A stretch of DNA of 64,000 bases from assembly GCA_047971215.1 (NCBI GenBank), contig JBKDZI010000025.1:8704-72703 (forward strand), given 5' to 3'. Every line of letters begins with the position of its first letter. Positions within the stretch are counted from its first letter, which is position 1. Position numbers and translations under genes: made by a program. Positions 8,801 through 18,541 of this stretch are shown one piece after another. The notes below the pieces were generated by a model that did no database searches, had not been told where the DNA came from, and worked only from the letters and a program-made list of their open reading frames with translations. The stretch is from Bacilli bacterium. Lineage in GTDB: Bacteria > Bacillota_I > Bacilli_A > RF39 > JBKDZI01.

Positions 8801-9966
8801 AAAGATTAGTAGACCAATGGAAACATCATTTTAGAAAGCAGCAAATATTAGCAAATATCGTAATTAAAAGAGTATTTGATATGGGATATGATGTTGAAAT
8901 GCACGGAATTTATGACTCCACCACTCACAATTATGATAAATATTCTCACAATCCTGAAAGAATCGGTAAAAAATATCAATGGCTTGCTACATACGAATTA
9001 ATTGGAAAATTATGTGATAATTTTAGTATGATAGAATATGTATATAGCGATACTCCAATTGATTTAGAAAAAAATAAGTACCTAGATAGACATTATAATG
9101 AAACAAAGAGTTTAAATAAAATTAATTACGTTATTGTAAATAAATACGATATGAATGATTCATCAATTATTAATATTGATCCATCATTATTTATTACTGT
9201 ACAAGAAAGAAAAGCAATAAAAATTGAATCTAGCAATAGCGATTGAGTTAACCAAGATATAGACGTAAAAGAAGTGATATTCAAAACTATAGATGGTGTA
9301 GAATATATATCACTCGGGAATGTTGAAGAGTGGGTTAATGACGAACATATTGCTGACTGGCACCACCCTTTTAAAAAACGTGTTGCTATAAAATCAATGT
9401 TATTCTTAACTGCAGATGCCAAAAAATTTATGAAAAAAGATTCGAGTATGCTTTGCGATTTAGGATGGAGTTCTCACCTCAATACATATATATTAGAACT
9501 CAGTAAATCAAATTATTATTATGAACAAATTGTGCCTGATGAATATTGTTCTAAGAAGGATGATGACATTGCTTTCTCATTTAGTGAATATTGTTGGGAA
9601 AATGGTGGATACGATGGTTCAATCGATGAAAGTATTAATATCTATTTCCCTTGTTTCTTCTTAATTAAACTCTTAAATTTGAAACAGAAAAATGACTATC
9701 GTTGGTATGACGAAAACGATAACCTTATATGTTTTGATACTTCATTAACAAATGGAATCAACAATTTGTTAATTGAGAAAAATATATTTTTAAAATTTAT
9801 TGAGGATAATGGCTTTTCTTTTGTTTGGGGAATGTATTACGAAAAAGACACAAATAATTGGAGAACTAGCTGGAGAAAAAATGTTACAATAGATAAACTA
9901 GATAAACATGGAAAAATTAGAGAAGTTGTTTTGGAAAAAGAAAGTTATAAATTAAGACAATTTTAA
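5866..9966 (+). pseudogene. NACHT/STAND-like P-loop NTPase, a single 1367-codon reading frame interrupted by two in-frame stop codons (TAA 7912..7914, TGA 9244..9246)
   Basis: The track ORFs 5866..7914, 7930..9246 and 9274..9966 are all in the same frame. Only one stop codon separates each pair, and the latter two lack ATG starts (TTG and GTG are the first codons). Walker A is LKGKAGMGKTHT and Walker B is SIVIDGINEG (hhhhDGxxE, NACHT-like). A roughly 300-aa N-terminal domain and roughly 750 aa of C-terminal helical region are typical of STAND sensors. Confidence 0.5.
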
Positions 9967-10152
9967 AAGCAACTAAATAGTTACAAGATAATAAACAGCT
10001 GATATTGATTTTTATTTTCTATTACATACATTAGCAATTTATTTATCAAGTGTAATAGCCATATGAATTAAAATTAACGTAAAAGATTATATAAACAAGA
10101 AGAATCAAAAATTTTCAATTTATCCATAGAGATATTTAATATTATTATTTTG

Positions 10153-10183
10153 TTGTTTATTATATTTAAAATTGTGATATAAT
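10153..10183 (+). promoter_or_regulatory. Putative sigma-A promoter with extended -10 (TGaTATAAT) upstream of xfp
   Basis: TTGTTT (-35-like) is followed by a 19-nt spacer and TGATATAAT about 25 nt upstream of the ATG. The RBS is AAGGGG. Confidence 0.35.
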
Positions 10184-10207
10184 TTATACAGAATAAGGGG
10201 AATAAAA

Positions 10208-12577
10208 ATGATAGAAGAAATTAATGTTTTATCGTCTAGTGAACTAGACAAAATGGATAAATATTTTAGAGCTGTAAACTATTTATCAGTTGGACAATTG
10301 TATTTGCTTGATAATCCACTTCTTAGAGAACCTTTAAGAATAGAACATATTAAGCCATATGTTGTTGGACACTGGGGAACAATACCAGGACAAAACTTTG
10401 TTTATATGCATTTAAATAGAGTTATTAAAAAAGATAACTTGAATATGTTATTTATATCAGGGCCAGGCCATGGAGGACAAGTTGCTGTTACTAATTCATA
10501 TTTTGATGGTAGTTATAGCGAAATTTATCCACATATTACTCAAGATATGACTGGTCTTAAAAAATTGTGTAAACAATTTAGTTTTCCAGGAGGTATTTCA
10601 AGTCATGCAGCACCTGAAACTCCAGGTTCTATTAATGAAGGTGGAGAACTTGGTTATAGTCTTTCTCATGCTTATGGTGCAGTGCTCGATAATCCTGATT
10701 TAATCGTTGCTTGTGTTATAGGAGATGGAGAAGCAGAAACAGGTCCACTTGCTGGTTCTTGGTTTGCTAATAAATTAATTAATCCTGAAACCGATGGTGC
10801 TGTTTTACCAATTTTACATTTAAATGAATTTAAAATTGCTAATCCTACAATCCTTTCAAGAATAGGCGATAGTGAATTAATTAGTTATTTTAAAGGTAAT
10901 GGTTATATGCCATTTATTGTTGATTATTCAACATCAACTAATATACATGAAACTATGGCAAAAGCTATGGATACTTGTATAACTTTAATTAAAACTATAT
11001 GGAAAAATTCTCGTGAAAACAATTCAGATAAAAGACCAACATGGCCTATGATTATACTTAAAACACCAAAAGGGTGGACAGGACCTAAATTTGTTGATGA
11101 AAAAGAAATTGAAGGAACTTTTAGAGCCCATCAAGTTCCAATTCAAGTAGATAAAGATCATATTGAAAATTTAGAACTTCTTGAAGATTGGCTTAGAAGT
11201 TATAATATAGAAAATCTTTTTGATGATAATGGACGTTTGATAGAAGAACTTAGAGAACTTACTCCAAAAGATGATTTTAGAATTGGATTAAATAAGCATG
11301 CTAATGGTGGTGGTTTATTAAAACCTTTAATAAAACCTAATGTTAGTCATTATGCTGTGGAAATTGAAGCTCCAGGAAATACAATTGCTGAGGATATGAA
11401 AATTCTTGGTAATTATATTAAAGATTTAATTTCATTAAATGAAAAAACTTCTAATTATAGAATTTTTGGTCCAGATGAACTTGCTTCAAATAGACTTTAT
11501 GCAACTCTTGATGTTACTAAAAGACAATGGATGGGAGATATTAAACTTAACGATGATGGATTAGCTAAAAATGGTAGAATTATTGATTCAGTTTTATCTG
11601 AACATTTGTGTCAAGGTCTTTTAGAAGGATATCTTTTAACTGGTAGACATGGATTTATGCATAGTTATGAAGCATTTATTAGAATAATTGATTCTATGAC
11701 AAGTCAACATGCAAAGTGGCTTAAAGTTACTTCCCAGTTGCCATGGCGTCATAAAATTTCATCTTTAAATTATATTTTATCTTCTCATATTTGGCAACAA
11801 GATCATAATGGGTATACTCATCAAAATCCTGGTTTTATAAATCATGTACTTTCATTAAAACCTGAATTTACTAGAGTTTATTTACCAGCTGATGCAAATA
11901 GCTTATTATGTTGTTATGATAAAACTATAAATACTAAAAATTTAATTAATGTTATTGTGGCATCAAAACATTCACGTCCACAATGGCTTAATATGAAAGA
12001 AGCTATTAAACATTGTAATAAAGGAATTGGTATTTGGGATTTTGCAGGAAATGCAACTGGTGAGAAAGTTGATTTAGTTATGGCTTGTGCAGGTGATACG
12101 CCAACTCTTGAAACAATTGCTGCTGTTAAAATTTTAAATGAAAAATTACCAGAACTTAAAGTAAGGGTAATAAATGTTGTAGATTTAATGACACTTCATT
12201 CAAAAGAAGATCATCCAAATGGACTTTATGATTTTGAATATAATTCTTTATTTACTAAAGATAAACCTATTGTATTTGCTTTTCATGGATATAGAGAAGT
12301 TATTAAACAATTAACTTATTCTAGAGTAAATAAAAATATGAATATTCATGGATATTTAGAAGAGGGTACTATCACAACTGGATTTGATATGAGAGTGCAA
12401 AATAAATTAGATAGATTTAATTTAATTATATCAGCACTTGAAAAATTAAATTTGGATGATAATAAAGCATCTTTATTATATGATTGGTGTAAAAATAAAT
12501 TAATAGAACATAAAGAATACATTCATGAAATAGGTATTGATATGCCAGAAATTAAAAATTGGAAATTTAATGATTAA
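10208..12577 (+). CDS. xfp: Phosphoketolase (xylulose-5-phosphate/fructose-6-phosphate phosphoketolase)
   Basis: The protein is 789 aa. The signature EGGELGYSLSHAYGAVLDNPDLIVACVIGDGEAETG and the TPP-binding motifs typical of the XFP family are present. Confidence 0.9.
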   Translation: MIEEINVLSSSELDKMDKYFRAVNYLSVGQLYLLDNPLLREPLRIEHIKPYVVGHWGTIPGQNFVYMHLNRVIKKDNLNMLFISGPGHGGQVAVTNSYFDGSYSEIYPHITQDMTGLKKLCKQFSFPGGISSHAAPETPGSINEGGELGYSLSHAYGAVLDNPDLIVACVIGDGEAETGPLAGSWFANKLINPETDGAVLPILHLNEFKIANPTILSRIGDSELISYFKGNGYMPFIVDYSTSTNIHETMAKAMDTCITLIKTIWKNSRENNSDKRPTWPMIILKTPKGWTGPKFVDEKEIEGTFRAHQVPIQVDKDHIENLELLEDWLRSYNIENLFDDNGRLIEELRELTPKDDFRIGLNKHANGGGLLKPLIKPNVSHYAVEIEAPGNTIAEDMKILGNYIKDLISLNEKTSNYRIFGPDELASNRLYATLDVTKRQWMGDIKLNDDGLAKNGRIIDSVLSEHLCQGLLEGYLLTGRHGFMHSYEAFIRIIDSMTSQHAKWLKVTSQLPWRHKISSLNYILSSHIWQQDHNGYTHQNPGFINHVLSLKPEFTRVYLPADANSLLCCYDKTINTKNLINVIVASKHSRPQWLNMKEAIKHCNKGIGIWDFAGNATGEKVDLVMACAGDTPTLETIAAVKILNEKLPELKVRVINVVDLMTLHSKEDHPNGLYDFEYNSLFTKDKPIVFAFHGYREVIKQLTYSRVNKNMNIHGYLEEGTITTGFDMRVQNKLDRFNLIISALEKLNLDDNKASLLYDWCKNKLIEHKEYIHEIGIDMPEIKNWKFND

Positions 12578-12721
12578 TAAAAACTTTTAAGCTACAAAAA
12601 ATCTAATATTTAATGTTATAAATGAACTAACTAGAGAAAATTTGCCTATTTTTGTTAATCATGCTGTAACTGTAATAAATAATTATTCTTTAGACAAACC
12701 TAAAAAAATTAAATAATCTAA

Positions 12722-12752
12722 AAACCTCATTTGTAAAAAATGAGGTTTTTTA
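12722..12752. terminator. Bidirectional rho-independent terminator between xfp and the bacteriocin operon
   Basis: The perfect hairpin aaaacctcat-ttgtaaaaa-atgaggtttt has A/T runs on both sides. Confidence 0.65.
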
Positions 12753-12758
12753 TATAAT

Positions 12759-12911
12759 TTAAGACTGATATTTACACACTTTTTCATTATATGAGTAACG
12801 CATATAAGTTCCTGTATATGTTCCTATATCATATAGAATAGAAATTGCAATTAAAGCTATTGGTATAAAAATAATAGGAAGAAATTTTTTATAACCTTCT
12901 ATATTTTGCAT
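12759..12911 (-). CDS. Small membrane protein, candidate bacteriocin immunity protein
   Basis: The 50-aa frame MQNIEGYKKFLPIIFIPIALIAISILYDIGTYTGTY... carries one TM helix. Its start overlaps the last codons of the upstream GG-leader peptide gene. It ends immediately before the terminator. Confidence 0.35.
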   Translation of the reverse strand: MQNIEGYKKFLPIIFIPIALIAISILYDIGTYTGTYMRYSYNEKVCKYQS

Positions 12912-13066
12912 AGTTTTTTTGCACTTACAAATCTAATCGCTGAACCAAGACCACGTCCAACTTCATAAATTTTGCCTATTCCTCTAATTAACGCATTTAA
13001 CATAGTACCTGATATTCCAGCACCACCATTTATTTGTTTTAATTCATAAGTTGTATATTCAACCAT
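12899..13066 (-). CDS. Double-glycine-leader bacteriocin precursor (class II-like)
   Basis: The 55-aa frame is MVEYTTYELKQINGG | AGISGTMLNALIRGIGKIYEVGRGLGSAIRFVSAKKLCKI. The leader carries the E-L-x-x-I-x-G-G consensus. A strong AAAAAGGAGGAAAA RBS lies 7 nt upstream. It is located immediately downstream of a C39-peptidase ABC exporter. Confidence 0.6.
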   Translation of the reverse strand: MVEYTTYELKQINGGAGISGTMLNALIRGIGKIYEVGRGLGSAIRFVSAKKLCKI

Positions 13067-13078
13067 TTTTCCTCCTTT

Positions 13079-13238
13079 TTAATTATTACATTTATTTGGG
13101 TTTGTATATCCTGAAAATACACCAATTAAAAATATTACTATACCGGAAATAATTATTGCACCACCAGCAGAAATACCACCACCATTAACGTTTAATAGCT
13201 CATTTTTATTTAATTCTCTCTTTTTAAACTCCTTTCAT
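13079..13238 (-). pseudogene. Second double-glycine-leader peptide gene with an apparent 1-nt frameshift at the start codon
   Basis: The frame ...KEFKKRELNKNELLNVNGGG | ISAGGAIIISGIVIFLIGVFSGYTNPNKCNN has a classic GG leader and a hydrophobic core. The only ATG (13236..13238, preceded by no better site) is offset by one nucleotide from this frame (ATG AAA G|GAG TTT). It is either a frameshifted gene or a sequencing error. Confidence 0.4.
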
Positions 13239-13336
13239 AAAATTTATTAAATGATTTATAATAAAATCATCATCTTTATTAAAATTTAAATAAATTACAT
13301 TATTCTCATGTTTTTGATTTTTATTTAGTTTAAATT

Positions 13337-13666
13337 TTAATAATATTTTTTATAATTAATACCTTGTTCATCTATATATAAATTTTCGTCAATACTATCA
13401 ATATAATAACTTAGTTTTTTTCCATTAATATATACTTTATTGTCTTTTGTAATATACTCTATATCCTTTGAATTTGTAATAACACTAACTATATAATCGT
13501 TTCCACTTTTTTCTACTATTGCATATGTTTTATAAAATGTTTGATACTTGACTTTAAATAAAGTACATATAAATATTAAGCTAATTAATACTATAAAAAT
13601 AGAGTAAAAGTATAATTTATTTGTTTTTTCATTAAAGTCAATTTCATTTATCATTATAATCTCCAA
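13337..13666 (-). CDS. Small single-TM protein, possibly a truncated HlyD/ComB-like bacteriocin secretion accessory protein
   Basis: The 109-aa protein has an N-terminal TM helix followed by a beta-rich segment. Its position between the ABC exporter and the peptides matches the ComB/LcnD slot, but it is far too short for an intact accessory protein. Confidence 0.3.
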   Translation of the reverse strand: MEIIMINEIDFNEKTNKLYFYSIFIVLISLIFICTLFKVKYQTFYKTYAIVEKSGNDYIVSVITNSKDIEYITKDNKVYINGKKLSYYIDSIDENLYIDEQGINYKKYY

Positions 13667-14435
13667 AATCTAAACATTCATTAAATAGATCACTATTATT
13701 ACTTCTATGAGAAACAATAAGTATAGTCTTATCTTTAAATTCTTTAAATATAAATTTAAGAATTTTTCTTTCTAATTTTATGTCAATTTCACTCAAAGCT
13801 TCATCAATTATTAGAATATCAAAATTTTTATAAATACTTCTAGCAAGTATTATTCTTTGTTTTTCACCACCTGATAAATTAAATCCATTTTCTTCTATTA
13901 ACATATTTAAACCCAAATTAGATTTGTCATAAATTGTATTAATGTCAAATTTTTCACAAATATTAATAACTTTTTCTAAATCTTTTTCTTCATCAATAGA
14001 AATATTATTATAAATTGTATCATTAAACAAAAGCTCATTTTGTGAAACATATCTAATATTTGATCTAATACAATTAATACTATAATTATTTAAATCTATA
14101 TCATCTATAAATATTTTGTTATTATCAACTTCATAAAATTTGCACAATAATTTTAAAAATGTACTTTTGCCACTTCCAGAATTACCCTTGATTAAAACTT
14201 TAGACCCTGATTTAATATTTAAATTTAGATTTTTTAAAATTGGATTGTGAATATGGGAAAAATTTAAATTGTTAACCTTTATATTTCCTATTAGATTTTT
14301 ATTTATTTTATTTTCATCACTCATAGATTCATTTTTTATAGAATATACTTCATTAATTCTTTTAAATGAAATATCATATTTTTTATAAATTAAATTAAAA
14401 TCTATTATATGTTTAATCGGATCAATTAAATGCAT
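13644..14435 (-). CDS. ABC transporter ATP-binding domain, the C-terminal part of a split bacteriocin-processing exporter
   Basis: Walker A is GNSGSGKST, the ABC signature is LSGGEKQR, and Walker B is ILIIDEA. It overlaps the upstream TMD ORF by 10 nt in a different frame. Confidence 0.7.
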   Translation of the reverse strand: MHLIDPIKHIIDFNLIYKKYDISFKRINEVYSIKNESMSDENKINKNLIGNIKVNNLNFSHIHNPILKNLNLNIKSGSKVLIKGNSGSGKSTFLKLLCKFYEVDNNKIFIDDIDLNNYSINCIRSNIRYVSQNELLFNDTIYNNISIDEEKDLEKVINICEKFDINTIYDKSNLGLNMLIEENGFNLSGGEKQRIILARSIYKNFDILIIDEALSEIDIKLERKILKFIFKEFKDKTILIVSHRSNNSDLFNECLDFGDYNDK

Positions 14436-15709
14436 AATAATATAATTAACACTAAATCACCTAAAGTAAATTTATTTTTCAAAATAAGTAAACTTCCTAA
14501 GAAAATTAAAATATAAATAATAAAATTTTCTATAAATGATTTAATCAAATTTATAAATGAAATTTTTTTTGAAAAATTTAGAGATTTATTTGTGAAATTA
14601 CTATATAAAAAATTAAATTTATTATTTAAGTTTTTTTCTATATTCATACCTTTTATAGTATCAAAAGAGTTTATACTTTCAATAATATTACTACTTGTCT
14701 TTTCTTCTAAAGTTATAAGATTATAATATTTTTTATATAGACGATTATTAGAAATTAAAGTAAATATTATATAAAAACTAAGTATTATAATTACAATTAT
14801 TAAAAGCAAACTACTTAAAAAATAGAATATACATAAACTACCAATTAATAGAATTAAATCTACAGAAAAGGTTACTATTAATGTAAGTATTGTATCTTTT
14901 AAAACTGAAATATCACGAATTCTTTCTACAAATTCTCCTGCAGTTTTGCTTTTAAAATAATTGTATGGGAGAGTAATAATATGATTATAAATACTAAGCA
15001 TTAATCTTAAGTTAATTTTTTCACCTAAAATTACAAGAAGTCTATATCTTATAAATTCAGTTATACTTTTTAAAATAATAACAACTAAAAATAAAATAGA
15101 TATATTGACTATATTTTCTAAATAACTATTTTGAATATTATCCATAATATATTTCAAATAATAAGTATTTAAAATACTAAAAAATGTAAAAATTATTGAA
15201 ATTATCACTATTAAAAATATAAATGGCTTATATTGAAAGATCAAATCAAATAAAAATTTAGATGTACTTGTTTCATCAATTTTAATTAATTTTTGGGAAA
15301 CATCTATTAAAATTAAAACTTCATTATATATTTTTCTAAATTCATCTAATTTATACTTAATCATACCTTTAGCTGGATCCATAATTTCAATATATTTCTT
15401 ATTAATTTTATAAATTACAACAAAATGCTTATAAGATTTATCAATTGTTACATTAGCAATAGAAGGAAGTTTATGTTTTTCATTTACTAATTGTTCAAAA
15501 GAACATTTATATCCTATAGAATTAATATTAAGTTTTTTTAATGTATTTACAATATCAAAAGCAGTAGTACCATGTTTATTAGTATTTGTCATAAGTTTTA
15601 ACTGAGCAGAGGGATAATTTCCATTATAATATCTTAAAACAGATAAAATACAACTGACTCCACAATCTTTATATTCCTTTTGAAGTACTACATGTTTTTT
15701 CATTTTCAT
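14426..15709 (-). CDS. Peptidase C39 domain plus ABC transmembrane domain, the N-terminal part of a split ComA/LagD-type bacteriocin exporter
   Basis: The N-terminus QKEYKDCGVSCILSVLRYY carries the C39 catalytic Cys motif. About 6 TM helices follow. It would be fused to the NBD in an intact exporter. Confidence 0.7.
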   Translation of the reverse strand: MKMKKHVVLQKEYKDCGVSCILSVLRYYNGNYPSAQLKLMTNTNKHGTTAFDIVNTLKKLNINSIGYKCSFEQLVNEKHKLPSIANVTIDKSYKHFVVIYKINKKYIEIMDPAKGMIKYKLDEFRKIYNEVLILIDVSQKLIKIDETSTSKFLFDLIFQYKPFIFLIVIISIIFTFFSILNTYYLKYIMDNIQNSYLENIVNISILFLVVIILKSITEFIRYRLLVILGEKINLRLMLSIYNHIITLPYNYFKSKTAGEFVERIRDISVLKDTILTLIVTFSVDLILLIGSLCIFYFLSSLLLIIVIIILSFYIIFTLISNNRLYKKYYNLITLEEKTSSNIIESINSFDTIKGMNIEKNLNNKFNFLYSNFTNKSLNFSKKISFINLIKSFIENFIIYILIFLGSLLILKNKFTLGDLVLIILLCI

Positions 15710-15778
15710 TACCTCCTATGTATATTCTACATAAAAGATTTAAAAATCCCTTTAAAAAAAACACTTTTTTCAAAGTGC

Positions 15779-16024
15779 TTAATTTACAAATTTATCTATA
15801 TCTTTTGGAACATTATCATTTACTATAGTTTCAATGATTTTTTTTCTTTTTTCTTCAGATACTTCTTTACCAGTCATCACAGAAATATCATTAATAACTT
15901 CATTTAATGTTGATTCATCTTTAAAATCACCATTAGATAACTTATTAGCTAAATTTAATATTGTGTTTTTATCAACACTAGTTTTTTGTTCAATCTTTTT
16001 GAAAAATTTATCTGAAAATCCCAT
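15779..16024 (-). CDS. Small conserved protein (possibly SpoVIF/YjcC-like)
   Basis: The 81-aa frame MGFSDKFFKKIEQKTSVDKNTILNLANKLSNGDFKDESTLNEVINDIS... resembles small sporulation-associated proteins by eye only. It lies immediately downstream of der. Confidence 0.25.
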   Translation of the reverse strand: MGFSDKFFKKIEQKTSVDKNTILNLANKLSNGDFKDESTLNEVINDISVMTGKEVSEEKRKKIIETIVNDNVPKDIDKFVN

Positions 16025-16070
16025 ACATTCCCCCTTAATTCATTATATGAATTATAGGTAAAAATGTGTA

Positions 16071-17369
16071 TTAGTCATTTTTGTTTTTAAATTTAATAAC
16101 AATTTTAGTACCTTCAAAATCAAAATTTTCTCTAAGTTTATTAATTAAATAACGTTCATAAGAAAAATGAACTAATTTTTTATCGTTTACAGAAAAAGTA
16201 AAAGTAGGAGGCTTAATTCCTGTTTGACTTGAAAAATAAATTTTTAATCTACGACCTTTATAAGAAGGTGGGGGAGTTAAAAGTTGAGCTTCTACAATAA
16301 CTTCATTTAAAACACTAGTTTTAATTCGTTTTGAATAATTTTCATATGTCTTAATAATTTCGGGCATTAAAGTATGAATTCTTTTTTTAGTTAAACTAGA
16401 TAAAAACACTACTGGAACATAAGTTAAAAATTGAAACTCAGCTCTAATTAATTTTTCATATTCTTTAGTACTTTTATTTTTAATTAAATCCCATTTATTA
16501 CAAACTATAACAAGTGCTTTATTATTTTCAAGCGCGTAACCTGCTATATGTTTATCCTGTTCACAAATTCCTTCATTAATGTCTAAGACTAAGACACAAA
16601 TATCAGCATTTTCAATAGCACGAATACTTCTTAAATAACTAAATTTTTCAGTCGATTCATAAATACGACCTTTTTTTCTTAATCCTGCTGTATCAATTGA
16701 AATAAACTTTTGTTTCTCATAATTAAATGGAACATCAACAGAATCGCGAGTAGTACCTGCAATATCAGAAACAATAACTCTATTTTCATTTAAAATAGCA
16801 TTAATTAAACTTGATTTACCAGCATTAGGTCTACCAATTAAGGCAAATCTAATTGTATCATCATCATTATTTTTTTCTTTTTCTAAAATATTTTTAGTTA
16901 TTTCATCTAAAAGTCCACTAATATTAATGCTATGTTCAGAACTTATTGCAACAAGTCTATCAAATCCAAGTTCATAAAAATTATACATATACATTTCATC
17001 ATTAGGATTATCAAGTTTATTTACAGCGACAATTACTTCTTTACCACTTTTTAATAACATATCACGACAATAGTAATCATTAGCATTTAAATCTGCTTTA
17101 CCATCTATAAGAAAAACAATAATGTCAGCTTCATTTATAGCAAGTTCCACTTGAAGTTTAATATCAGCATTAAAATCACCTTGTCCAAGATCTATACCTC
17201 CGGTGTCAACTAAATGAAATTGTTTATTTTTATGCTCACATTTAGTGTAAATTCTATCCCTTGTTACGCCTGGTTTATTTTCAACTATAGAAATCCTTTT
17301 TTTAGCAATTTTATTAAATAGGGTACTTTTACCAACATTAGGTCTACCTACAATAGCAACAGTTTTCAT
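16071..17369 (-). CDS. der: Ribosome biogenesis GTPase Der (EngA), tandem GTPase domains plus a KH-like domain
   Basis: Two G-domains are present: GRPNVGKSTLFN...DTGG and GRPNAGKSSLIN...DTAG, each with NKxD motifs (NKLD, NKWD). Confidence 0.9.
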   Translation of the reverse strand: MKTVAIVGRPNVGKSTLFNKIAKKRISIVENKPGVTRDRIYTKCEHKNKQFHLVDTGGIDLGQGDFNADIKLQVELAINEADIIVFLIDGKADLNANDYYCRDMLLKSGKEVIVAVNKLDNPNDEMYMYNFYELGFDRLVAISSEHSINISGLLDEITKNILEKEKNNDDDTIRFALIGRPNAGKSSLINAILNENRVIVSDIAGTTRDSVDVPFNYEKQKFISIDTAGLRKKGRIYESTEKFSYLRSIRAIENADICVLVLDINEGICEQDKHIAGYALENNKALVIVCNKWDLIKNKSTKEYEKLIRAEFQFLTYVPVVFLSSLTKKRIHTLMPEIIKTYENYSKRIKTSVLNEVIVEAQLLTPPPSYKGRRLKIYFSSQTGIKPPTFTFSVNDKKLVHFSYERYLINKLRENFDFEGTKIVIKFKNKND

Positions 17370-17378
17370 ATTATCTCC

Positions 17379-17966
17379 TTATTTTTTTAACTCTTCTTCA
17401 ATTATTTCATGAACTTTTTCTTTACCTTCTTTTGTTACGGAAGAAAATAATATATATTTATCTTCATAAGCAAGATCAAAACTTTCTAAAATAATACGTT
17501 CATATTTATGTTTTACAGTTTTTCCAATTTTATCAACTTTAGTTAAAATTAATACAATAGGAAGGTTATAATGTTTTAAGAAATTATACATTAATAAATC
17601 ATCTTTAGAAGGCTTATGTCTAACATCAACTATTAAAAAAATCTTTTTTAGTTGCTTTCTTGTTTCAAGATATTCCTCAATCATTTTTCCAAATTTTTCT
17701 CTTTGAGATTTACTTACACTTGCATAACCATAACCTGGAACATCTACAAAATTAAATTGTTCATTAACGTTATAAAAATTTAATGTCCTAGTTTTACCCG
17801 GTTTACTAGAAGTATGAGCATAATTTTTTCTATTAATTATTGTATTTATAAAACTACTTTTTCCTACATTACTTCGACCTAAAAGTAAAAATTCTGGAAT
17901 ATATTCACTTGGATATTGACTACTTCTAACAGCACTAATTGTTAAATTTACAGTTTTTATAATCAT
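17379..17966 (-). CDS. engB: Ribosome biogenesis GTP-binding protein YsxC/EngB
   Basis: G1 is GRSNVGKSSFIN, G3 is DVPGYGY and G4 is TKVDK. The start is placed at MIIKTVN with an AGGAGG RBS. The track ORF is extended upstream through the RBS. Confidence 0.85.
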   Translation of the reverse strand: MIIKTVNLTISAVRSSQYPSEYIPEFLLLGRSNVGKSSFINTIINRKNYAHTSSKPGKTRTLNFYNVNEQFNFVDVPGYGYASVSKSQREKFGKMIEEYLETRKQLKKIFLIVDVRHKPSKDDLLMYNFLKHYNLPIVLILTKVDKIGKTVKHKYERIILESFDLAYEDKYILFSSVTKEGKEKVHEIIEEELKK

Positions 17967-18253
17967 AACTTCCTCCTTTGTAATTACATAATAGATTATA
18001 CCATAAAAAAAGAAGCATATAGCTACTTTTATTAATTCTAAGCACAATATTTTAAAGTTTTTGTTTTTTCTAATGGAAGAGTAGTAGTATTTTTTAGTGT
18101 CGTTTCTAATCCAAACTTTTTAGCAATCATCTGTTCTTTTTCTTCATTACTTTTTTCTTCATTTAATAAAGAAATATAATTAGTTTTATTTTTCTTAATT
18201 TTATTAACATTTACTAAAAGATTTGATAAAATAAATTTTATTTCAGTAGTATT

Positions 18254-18541
18254 TTAAAAATATTCTATATTTTTATAATTACTAACTTGATATATTGAAG
18301 GAAGAGAAAATACATTATTTATATCATATATTTCAATAATTACTGTTTTTTCTTTAGAAGTTTTTTCAAGTACATATACTAAATTATCTTCAACATCACG
18401 AACAAAATGAGTTTGAATTTGATTTGTTCTTGGATTTTGTAGTAACTTTGGATCTGTTAAACTATAACCATTAACAAATATTTGACCTAATAAATAACCA
18501 TTTAAATCTTTATATTTTTTAAATTCAACTATTTTTTTCAT
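18254..18541 (-). CDS. Hypothetical protein
   Basis: This is a 95-aa ORF with no recognisable motifs. It lies adjacent to the tRNA-Cys locus. Confidence 0.25.
   Translation of the reverse strand: MKKIVEFKKYKDLNGYLLGQIFVNGYSLTDPKLLQNPRTNQIQTHFVRDVEDNLVYVLEKTSKEKTVIIEIYDINNVFSLPSIYQVSNYKNIEYF

Noticed and set aside
9244-9246. The TGA inside the NACHT frame could mean a genetic code 4 (TGA=Trp) organism.
   Set aside because: Neighbouring housekeeping genes such as murE terminate at TGA, and the other internal stop is TAA. The standard code fits the whole window.
5866-9966. The three ORFs could be three separate genes of a defence operon.
   Set aside because: All three share one reading frame and are separated by single stop codons. 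The second and third lack ATG starts and convincing RBSs. One interrupted gene is more parsimonious.
13205-13238. ATG at 13236 giving the peptide MKGV* as a leader peptide
   Set aside because: A 4-codon ORF is more simply explained as the displaced start of the second GG-leader peptide, with a 1-nt frameshift.
15680-16061. Track ORFs 15680..15907(+) and 15834..16061(+) overlap the SpoVIF-like gene.
   Set aside because: They are low-complexity translations antisense to or overlapping better-supported genes. They have no RBS.
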